Shown in pieces: positions 28,152 to 35,954 of a stretch of 64,000 bases of DNA. A program made the translations under genes and the position numbers. The DNA comes from Gemmatimonadota bacterium (GTDB lineage Bacteria > Gemmatimonadota > Gemmatimonadetes > Gemmatimonadales > GWC2-71-9): NCBI GenBank assembly GCA_036679645.1, contig JAZDCY010000014.1:224001-288000 (forward strand), in the 5' to 3' direction. Numbering within the stretch: position 1 is the first letter of the stretch; the number at the start of each line of letters is the position of its first letter. The notes beneath the pieces were generated by a model. It did no database searches and was not told the origin of the DNA. It worked only from the letters and a program-made list of their open reading frames with translations.

Positions 28152-28301
28152 TTAGCTCAGGCGGAAACGTGAGGGAGCGATCCGCTCTTCCAACTCTTCG
28201 GCGGTCAGCTCGAGGGCCTCTGCATCTTTGCCCGTAATCTTCTTGAGCTCTTCCTTCTGCTCCGCGGTGAGCTCGATGCGGAACTTCTTGTCGTCGGACA
28301 T
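28152..28301 (-). CDS. Precursor-like peptide A (49 aa; tail SRFRLS)
   Basis: MSDDKKFRIELTAEQKEELKKITGKDAEALELTAEELEERIAPSRFRLS; SD AGGAGG. Confidence 0.88.
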   Translation of the reverse strand: MSDDKKFRIELTAEQKEELKKITGKDAEALELTAEELEERIAPSRFRLS

Positions 28302-28344
28302 GGTGCCTCCTGAAACGGGTGCCGGAGTGACGCGAACGAAGGCC

Positions 28345-28397
28345 AAGATGACCTGGCGGCGTGAATCCACCGTGAATTCGACTTGCCGGATCGTGAA
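28345..28397 (-). promoter_or_regulatory. SARP-type repeat promoter 1
   Basis: TTCACG-N15-TTCACG-N5-TTCACG-N9-CATCTT (CGTGAA on + at 28360, 28371, 28392). Confidence 0.75.
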
Positions 28398-28439
28398 TTC
28401 CCCGTAGTTTTGACCTCCCCGTCTCTCCCGGGGAGGGCT

Positions 28440-30689
28440 GTGGACCTTCAACTGACGCTGCTGGGGCCCCCGCGCCTCACGATGGATCCGGAACCCGAGG
28501 CCGTGCCACGCCTTGGTGCGAAACCCATTGCCCTGCTTGCATTTCTGGCAATGGAGCCGGGCCCCCACGCCCGCGACGAGTTGGCGGGGCTCCTGTGGTC
28601 AGATTCCCCCAACGATGCAGCCCGGGCTTCGCTGCGTCAGGCGATCCGCCAAATCCGAGGCGTCGTGGGCGAACGGCTCCAGGCGGGGCGCACCGCGGTG
28701 GAGCTGGACCCACCTATCCCGTGTGACGCCCGTGCGTTCCTGCAAGCCGTAAGTGAGGCGCCGGAGACTGCCGTCTCCTACGCCGCTGACCGGTTCCTTG
28801 CGGGCTTCTCGGTGCGCCATGCCCCGGCCTTCGAGGAGTGGACCGATACAACCCGGGAACGGTTGCGCCAGGCGTTCCGCGATGCGCTGCGCGCCGCCAC
28901 GCTCGGCGACATAGGTCGCTCGCGTTGGCGGGATGCGGCCCGGTGGGCGGAGCGGTGGATTGCAGCCGATCCCCTGTCCGACGAGGCGGTGCGCCACGCC
29001 GCCCAGGCGTGCTACATGGCCGGCGATACCGGCGAGGCGCTGGCCCAGTTTCAGCAATACCGCGAGCGGCTGGCCAACGAGACCGGCATGGAACCGGCAG
29101 ACGCGCTGCGCGAGCTGCTGGAAAGGATTGGACCCACTCCTCCGGTGGCCCAGCTGGCCGCCCCGCCGCCGGATACCGATCTCCCGAAACGGGGGTTCGT
29201 ATCGAGCCTGATCGGCCGGGAGGCGGAGTGGGAGCGGCTCACACAGGTGTGGCGCGAGGCGGCGGCGGGCGCATGTCGGACCATGCTGATTCAGGGCGAG
29301 GCGGGAATCGGCAAGACGCGGCTGGCCGAGGAACTGCTGCAATGGACCGCGGCAGAGGGAGCAACGGCCCTCCGCGGCAGGGGATACGATCCGGAGAGCG
29401 GCCTGCCCTATCAGCCCGTGGCCGACGCGCTGCACGGCGCACTGCAGGCACCGGGAATGGCGAGCGCGGCCCCTGAATGGCTCGCGGAGCTGGCCCGGAT
29501 CGTCCCGGACGTGCGCGAGCGCTTCCCGGGCCTTCCGACTGCCGCCGGGGCCGGCGATCCAGACCGGCGCGGCCGGCTGTTCGAGGCGGTGGCGCAGGCG
29601 ATCCTGGGACTCACGTCGGAGCGAGCGGTAGTGCTCCTAATTGACGATCTCCAGCGCTGCGATCCCGAGACGTGCGCCCTGCTCCATTTCCTCACGCGGC
29701 GGTTGGCGCGTGCTCCGATCCTGATTCTCGCCACCGCGACACTGGGCGAGATCGAGCGCGCGACCCCAGCCTCGCGCCTCTGTCGCACGCTCAAGGGCGG
29801 CGGTGCCGCGATCACCGTCTCTCCGCTGTCCGAAGCCCAGGTGTGGCGCGCCATTCGTGAGTTGGGCCGTATTTCGAGCCCCGATGGTGCGCGGCGCTTT
29901 GCGCGCCGCGTCCATGCTGTGACCGACGGCAATCCGTTCCACATCCTGGAGCTGCTCAAGGCCCTCTTCGCGCAGGGCATGCTGCAGACCGACCCGGCCA
30001 CCGGCGAATGGGTCACGACCACCGCGACCGGGGATGCTCCGTACGATCATGTGCGCATGCCGGCCACCGTGCACGACGCCGTTGCCGAGCGGTGCACGCG
30101 GCTGCCATACGAGCTGCGGGACCTGCTGGTGACCATGGCGGTGGCGGGCCGGCCCGTATCGACCGGCTTGCTCTCGCACGTGCACGGGACCTCGCGGCTG
30201 CGGGCCGCGGCGCTTGCCGACGCGCTGGTCGACCGCCTCCTCCTGGCGGAAGACAACGGTATGTACGGCTGCGCGCATCCCATTGTGCAGGATGTCGTGC
30301 GCGAGGACCTGACACCCGCACGAAGAGGCGAGGTACACCGCGCGATCGCGCTTGCTCTCGATACGCTCGCCCGCGACAGCCGGGGCGGCTGCCGACCCGG
30401 CGAGATCGCACGGCACGCGGAGCGGGGTGGCGAACTCGCCCTCGCGTTTCGTTGTGCGCTGGAAGCTAGCGACCTCGCGGTAGAAAATGGCGCCTACGAG
30501 GAGGCGCTCTCGTGGCTGGATCTTGCCGGAAGTGCGGCAGATTCCGAGACCGACACCGCCGCGGTCCACGAACGCACGGCGCGCCTCATGGAACGCACCG
30601 GCTGGCCCGAGCCGCCCGTGGGCGGCCACCGGAGCGGCACGCCGGCCGCCGGCTTCAGCCGGCAGGACATCGATCTGCGGCCGTCCTGA
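28440..30689 (+). CDS. SARP/BTAD transcriptional activator with AAA (STAND-like) ATPase domain
   Basis: L.LLGPP; ALLAFLA; RDELAGLLW; SLRQA (wHTH); DPLSDEA; GMEP (BTAD); LIGREAE; Walker A GEAGIGKT; LLIDDLQ; TDGNPF. Start GTG 28440 after GGAGG. Confidence 0.9.
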   Translation: MDLQLTLLGPPRLTMDPEPEAVPRLGAKPIALLAFLAMEPGPHARDELAGLLWSDSPNDAARASLRQAIRQIRGVVGERLQAGRTAVELDPPIPCDARAFLQAVSEAPETAVSYAADRFLAGFSVRHAPAFEEWTDTTRERLRQAFRDALRAATLGDIGRSRWRDAARWAERWIAADPLSDEAVRHAAQACYMAGDTGEALAQFQQYRERLANETGMEPADALRELLERIGPTPPVAQLAAPPPDTDLPKRGFVSSLIGREAEWERLTQVWREAAAGACRTMLIQGEAGIGKTRLAEELLQWTAAEGATALRGRGYDPESGLPYQPVADALHGALQAPGMASAAPEWLAELARIVPDVRERFPGLPTAAGAGDPDRRGRLFEAVAQAILGLTSERAVVLLIDDLQRCDPETCALLHFLTRRLARAPILILATATLGEIERATPASRLCRTLKGGGAAITVSPLSEAQVWRAIRELGRISSPDGARRFARRVHAVTDGNPFHILELLKALFAQGMLQTDPATGEWVTTTATGDAPYDHVRMPATVHDAVAERCTRLPYELRDLLVTMAVAGRPVSTGLLSHVHGTSRLRAAALADALVDRLLLAEDNGMYGCAHPIVQDVVREDLTPARRGEVHRAIALALDTLARDSRGGCRPGEIARHAERGGELALAFRCALEASDLAVENGAYEEALSWLDLAGSAADSETDTAAVHERTARLMERTGWPEPPVGGHRSGTPAAGFSRQDIDLRPS

Positions 30690-30698
30690 CCGCGCATG

Positions 30699-30737
30699 GC
30701 GCCATTTGGGGCGCACTGCGTGCGCCCCAAATGGCGC
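30699..30737. repeat. Perfect 18-bp-arm palindrome (REP-like / bidirectional terminator)
   Basis: GCGCCATTTGGGGCGCAC-TGC-GTGCGCCCCAAATGGCGC between convergent genes. Confidence 0.8.
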
Positions 30738-30749
30738 ACCGCAACACCG

Positions 30750-33230
30750 TCAACAGCAATCAGCACCTACCGTGCAACACGCGTACGAGACACGATCCTC
30801 GTGCGGTGCGAGTAGAGCGAACATGTCGGCGTAGGGCGGCCGCTGCAGTTTCGCGACCGTGTCGGTGCAGACCTCGTAGGGCTCGTTCCGCATGAACTGG
30901 TGGCCTTCCTCGTCGACGAAGATCTTCCCCGGACCGAGATACACCGCCCGATGTCCCTGAAACACGCATCCGTCCATCTTCTCGAACTTGTACCCGGCCA
31001 CCGTGACCGACGAAAAGGCGTACCCTTCGACTTCCTTCCAGAACGACTTCTCCTGCACCGTGAGGCCGTAGAATCCGGCGCGCTCCAGCTCGGCCATGAA
31101 CTGTTCTTCGGTCAGCGCGCCCACGAGACATTCACCCCATAACTTTGGGTTCACGCGCAAGTGCGGGGGGACGGGCCGATCGCTCACAATGTCGGATATC
31201 ACGAGCCGCCCGTGGTCGGCGAGTACGCGCCAAACTTCCGCGAACACGCGGGGCTTGTCCGGCGAGAGGTTCACGACACAGTTGGAGGTGACGACGTCGA
31301 CGGTTCCTGACTCGACCGGGATGGCCTCGAGAAATCCCTTGCGGAACTCCACGACGTCGTACCCGAGGTTCGTCGCCACGGCGGGCCTGCATGAATTGGC
31401 AACCGACAACATCTCGTCGGTCATGTCGATGCCGATGGCGCGGCCGCCGGCCCCGACCAGCTTCGCCGCAATGAAGACATCGATCCCCGCGCCGGAGCCC
31501 AGATCGAGCATCATCTCGCCGAGCTGCACCGCCGCACGCGTAACCGGCGACCCGCAGCCGTAGAAACGATCGAGCACGTCCTGCGGGATGTGGTCGGTCA
31601 TGCTCCGGTCGTACGACGTCGGGCAACACAGATCGGCCTTGGGGGACTCGGCCGCGGCACCGTAATATTCACGCACCGCGCGGCGCGGTTTGTCCACGTC
31701 GAACGACAGCACGCAGTTGGAGTGCAACGGCAACACGGGTCGCTCGGCGAGGGCGCCGTCAGCGGTGCCGCAGGCAATCGCACCTTCCCCCATGGCGTGC
31801 AACACGACCGGCGCGTCGTACCCCGACCGGTGATTCAGTCGATCGCGTTTTTCCCGCCCTAGCGTGGTCATTACGCGGCGGATCAACGCCTGCGTCACCG
31901 GATAGTAGGGATCCGGGGCGAACGGATCGCCGCCGGAGAAACACCACGCGTGCTCCCAGTCGCCGCCACCCGTCAGGAAGCGCAACGGATCGTCGTGGAC
32001 CACCGCCTTGCACGCGATCGACGCCGCCCGCAGGCCGTGTACGACGGGAGAGACCGCAAGCATGGTACGCAGGTCACTCTGGGTCAGATCGCCGCACACG
32101 AGAGCCGGCTCGCCGGCGAGCGCTGCCGATGGATAGACCTTTCCATCGTGAAAGATGCACAGCGAATCCCAACCTGCGTTGCCGAAGTCGTACTTCACGC
32201 CCGGTACCCCGTTCACACGCCGCTTGACGGCCTCGACGTTGTCCAGCGGCACGCCGCTCGCCTCCGCGGCATCTGCGGTCTCCATTGTCACGCGTACGAT
32301 ATCCGCCACGTCCGGGAAGAAACCGTTCGCGCTTGCGGCGGCACGCCCGCGTTTGTGCATCCACATGAGGTGGTAGCTCGCGGCACCCAGGTCTCGGGTC
32401 AACGCGGGAGCTTCAGGCAGCTCGGCGAGGTTGTGCGTGGTGACTACCGTGGTGATCGAGACGTCGAAGTCGTGCTCGGTGAGGAAGCGGATTCCGTCCA
32501 GCGCCTGCGCGAAAGCCCCGAGCCCACGAAACCGGTCATGCGTTGCCGCCTGCGTGCCATCGAGCGAGACCTGAAACTTGACCTGCTCGCGATCGAGCTC
32601 GACGAGCTGCCGCCGTACGCCCGCCGAGAAAGCGGTGGCGTTGGTCAGCACGATTACGTCGAGCCCGAGCGTTGCCGCAGCGTGGCGCAGCAGATCCACC
32701 AGATCGCGCCGCAGAAACGGCTCACCGCCCGTGACGTACAGGCGCTCCAAGCCGAGCTGTGCGGCGGCGTCGATCTGCTGCACCAGCCAGTCAGCGGGAG
32801 GCCCCTCCGCCTCTCCCGGCCCGGAGGACACGAGACAGTGTGTACAGGACAGGTTACAGGCGTTGTTTATCTGCAGCCAGAGTTCCGCAAGCCCGTCGGG
32901 CGCTGACAGGGCCAACCGACCCGGATAGCTCGGATGGGACACGGGGTCCTGCGACAGCATGCCGGCACGAGCCAGTCCCGCGAGCAGGTCGTGCACATGG
33001 ATGAGCGCCTTTGCGGCTTCACACCGTTCGGCCGACGCGTACCATGTGACGAGGTCAGCGGCGGTCACCGCACCCGGGACCGTGGCGATACGCTCGACGA
33101 GGGCTCTTCCCCGACCGTCCAGCGCCACCCAATTGGGCGCCGCCCCATCGATGCCGTAATGGACTCCGTCCTCGGTAAACCAATCCAGGGGTGGCACGTA
33201 CAATGGTTGGTGGGCTTCTAACGCTGTCAT
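30750..33230 (-). CDS. Radical SAM enzyme fused to an ArsM/AS3MT-like As(III) methyltransferase
   Basis: CNLSCTHC, TGGEPFL, QVSLDG; then LCCP, FYGCGSP, LDLGSGAG.D, TSNCVVNLSPDK, WGECLVGAL; ends CCTVGADCC. Confidence 0.85.
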   Translation of the reverse strand: MTALEAHQPLYVPPLDWFTEDGVHYGIDGAAPNWVALDGRGRALVERIATVPGAVTAADLVTWYASAERCEAAKALIHVHDLLAGLARAGMLSQDPVSHPSYPGRLALSAPDGLAELWLQINNACNLSCTHCLVSSGPGEAEGPPADWLVQQIDAAAQLGLERLYVTGGEPFLRRDLVDLLRHAAATLGLDVIVLTNATAFSAGVRRQLVELDREQVKFQVSLDGTQAATHDRFRGLGAFAQALDGIRFLTEHDFDVSITTVVTTHNLAELPEAPALTRDLGAASYHLMWMHKRGRAAASANGFFPDVADIVRVTMETADAAEASGVPLDNVEAVKRRVNGVPGVKYDFGNAGWDSLCIFHDGKVYPSAALAGEPALVCGDLTQSDLRTMLAVSPVVHGLRAASIACKAVVHDDPLRFLTGGGDWEHAWCFSGGDPFAPDPYYPVTQALIRRVMTTLGREKRDRLNHRSGYDAPVVLHAMGEGAIACGTADGALAERPVLPLHSNCVLSFDVDKPRRAVREYYGAAAESPKADLCCPTSYDRSMTDHIPQDVLDRFYGCGSPVTRAAVQLGEMMLDLGSGAGIDVFIAAKLVGAGGRAIGIDMTDEMLSVANSCRPAVATNLGYDVVEFRKGFLEAIPVESGTVDVVTSNCVVNLSPDKPRVFAEVWRVLADHGRLVISDIVSDRPVPPHLRVNPKLWGECLVGALTEEQFMAELERAGFYGLTVQEKSFWKEVEGYAFSSVTVAGYKFEKMDGCVFQGHRAVYLGPGKIFVDEEGHQFMRNEPYEVCTDTVAKLQRPPYADMFALLAPHEDRVSYACCTVGADCC

Positions 33231-34135
33231 GCTCTACCTCTCCGTTCCCTTGGCTGTGGTGTACGGCCGACGGTCCCCATGTAGATCGCGGCCAAGGCGA
33301 GCAGCGCGCCGGCGATATCCTGTAGGTCCGTCGGCCTTCCAAAGAATGTCATGTCCCAGATGAACGCGAGCGTCGGCTGCAGGAGAAGCAGCAGTCCAGC
33401 CTGCGCCGCCCGCACGTGCGGTAGGGCGGACGCGATCAGCCACCACGCGACCACTTGCGCCACCAACGCGTACCCCAAGAGCACCGCAGCCGTCACCGGG
33501 GTTCCTACGCGGAGACCATGAGGCTCGCGCAGCGCGACCGGAACCAGCAGCAAGGCCGCCAGCAGACAGATGATAGCCAGCGAGGCCGTCGGGTCGGCGC
33601 CCGGCAGGCGCTGGGTCGCGCGGAGTACGAGGAGGAACCCGGCGTAGGCCACCGCTGCGAGTAACCCCAGAATGATACCCACCTGTCCCACGTCGCTACG
33701 TTGAGACCAGTCGAGTCCGACCAGCAGGAATAGTCCGACGACCGCGACCGGCACCGATGCGGCGAGCCGCACGTGCACACGCTCGCGGAACACAAGCACG
33801 CCGACGGCCGCCAGGATGAAAACCTGGAAGTTGGCGAGGATGGTCGCGAGCCCCGGACCAACCGAGAGGATGCTCGCGTGCCAGAGAACGAGGTCGAGCG
33901 CGAACAGGAGTCCGGCGCCGGCCGCGAGCGCCACGCTCCGTCCCGCCGGACGCCACCGCCCCCGCCAGACCGCCAAGCCCGCCAACACGAGGCCGCCGAT
34001 CGCGGTCCGATAGAAACCGGCCGATGCGGGACCCACGTCCGCAACCCGGACGAAGACCGGTGCGAAGCTGATGAGCGCCGCTCCGCCGGCGAGCATGGCG
34101 ATCCACCGGAGGGAGGGGTCGGCAGCGCGCGCCAC
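33227..34135 (-). CDS. DMT/EamA family transporter
   Basis: About 10 TM helices, duplicated EamA pattern (GFYR, GLATILAN.Q, LLLQP); 4-nt overlap with the rSAM-ArsM gene. Confidence 0.88.
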   Translation of the reverse strand: MARAADPSLRWIAMLAGGAALISFAPVFVRVADVGPASAGFYRTAIGGLVLAGLAVWRGRWRPAGRSVALAAGAGLLFALDLVLWHASILSVGPGLATILANFQVFILAAVGVLVFRERVHVRLAASVPVAVVGLFLLVGLDWSQRSDVGQVGIILGLLAAVAYAGFLLVLRATQRLPGADPTASLAIICLLAALLLVPVALREPHGLRVGTPVTAAVLLGYALVAQVVAWWLIASALPHVRAAQAGLLLLLQPTLAFIWDMTFFGRPTDLQDIAGALLALAAIYMGTVGRTPQPRERRGRA

Positions 34136-34260
34136 CGTCAGGGGAAAGGGAGGGACGAGTCAGGCATGACACAGTATATCGCGGGGCGGCGGGAGTGTGT
34201 TTGTGAGTGATTCGCCGGCAGGTTATGTTCCGGGCCCTTTCCGACCTTCCGAGCCAAAAG

Positions 34261-35888
34261 ATGACGAAATCACTAGGTTCACTCGCCCTCGTCCTCGCCG
34301 CTGCCGTTGCCGCATGCGCTCCGAGCGACGAGTTCGCCTGCGGCATGCTCGATCAGTACGCGACGTTCCGTCTCACCGCCGACCTCGACGGCCTCACCGA
34401 GCGGCAACGCCAGATGATTCCCATCCTCATCGATGCCGCCCGCGAGATGGACGCGGTCTATTGGCATCAGGCGTACGGCGATCGGGATGCGTTGTTGCAG
34501 GGCATCGAGAACGACACGTTGCGGTGTCTGATCGAGGCGAACTACGGCCCGTGGGACAGGCTGGGTGGCGATGCGCCGTTGCTCGCCAATGCCGGCCCCA
34601 AGCCGGCGGGCGCGAACCTCTACCCTGCAGACATCACGCGGGACGAATTCAATGCGTTCGTCACCGAGCACCCCGACCAGGCAGATGCACTTCGGTCGCT
34701 CTACACGGTCGTCGTGCGGGGCGATGACGGTGGGTTGACGACCGTTCCCTACCACGAGGTGTTCGCCGAGCGGCACGAGGCGGCGGCCGCGCGATTGCGG
34801 GAGGCAGCCGAACTGGCCGACGACCCCGGACTCCGCCGCTACCTCGAGCTCCGAGCCGACGCCCTCCTCTCGGATGACTACCAGGCGAGCGACATGGCTT
34901 GGTTGGATATGAGGGATAACACGATCGACATCGTGATCGGACCCATCGAGACATACGAAGACCAGTTGATGGGCTACAAGACGGCACACGAGGCATACGT
35001 GCTGATCAAAGATCGGGTGTGGAGCGAGCGGCTGTCCCGCTATGCCGCGCTCCTGCCCGGCCTGCAGGAAGGCTTGCCGGTGCCCGAACGCTATCGGCAG
35101 GAGACACCGGGTACCGATGCGGAGCTGAACGCCTACGACGCAATCTATTACGCCGGGCAGGCAAACGCCGGTTCGAAAACGATCGCTATCAATCTTCCTA
35201 ACGACGAAGAGGTGCAGCTCACGAAAGGCACGCGCCGCCTGCAGCTCAAGAACGTGGTGCGCGCCAAGTTCGACTCTATTCTGATACCGATTGGGCAAAT
35301 GCTCATTGCGGAAGACCAACGGAGGTACGTCACTTTCGACGCGTTCTTCGGCAACACGATGTTCCACGAGGTCGCCCACGGGCTCGGGATCAAGAACACC
35401 CTGAACGGCCGCGGGACGGTGCGGGAAGCACTGCGCGAGCACGCCTCGGCGTTGGAGGAGGGCAAGGCGGATGTTCTGGGGCTCTACATGGTCACCGCCC
35501 TCAGGGACGAGGGCGAGATCACCGACGGCCGCATGGAAGACGACTACGTCACCTTCATTGCGAGCATCTTCCGCTCGGTCCGATTCGGCGCGTCGAGCGC
35601 GCATGGCCGCGCCAACATGGTGCGGTTCAACTTCTTCCAGGACCGCGCTGCGTTCAGCCGCGACGAGGCCACGGGCACATACCGAGTGGACTTCGAGAGA
35701 ATGCGCGAGGCAATGACCGAACTCTCCGAGTTGCTGCTGACGCTTCAGGCGCGGGCCGCTTGTTGTCGGAGATGGGCGTGATTCGGCCATCGCTCCAAGC
35801 TGACCTGGATCGCCTCGCCGACGCTGGCATCCCGGTCGACATCGCCTTCCATCAGGGCATGGCGGTCATCGAAGGGGCGGACGAGTAG
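34261..35888 (+). pseudogene. Dipeptidyl-peptidase III-like (M49) lipoprotein, frameshifted near the C-terminus
   Basis: Lipobox VAAC; GPIETYED; IAINLPND; MFHEVAHGLG; EEGKAD. The conserved tail LLSEMG...IPVDIAF continues in another frame to TAG at 35888. Confidence 0.8.
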
Positions 35889-35954
35889 TCCGCTTCTCAA
35901 CAACCACACCACATCGTTCGTAGAACGTAGGAACGCTACGGCAGGAGAATCCGC

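Noticed and set aside
27660..28301. Assignment as pearlin, lanthipeptide or PQQ precursors
   Set aside because: No LanB/PEARL, LanM, YcaO or pqq genes are present, and the cores lack Cys and the ExxxY motif.
28152..28568. 138-aa and 75-aa extended versions of the peptides
   Set aside because: SD-preceded internal ATGs and paralogy define the shorter products, and the extensions overlap the promoters.
34279..35790. Long antisense ORFs (e.g. 503 aa here, 349 aa at 38954)
   Set aside because: They are high-GC shadow ORFs opposite well-supported genes.
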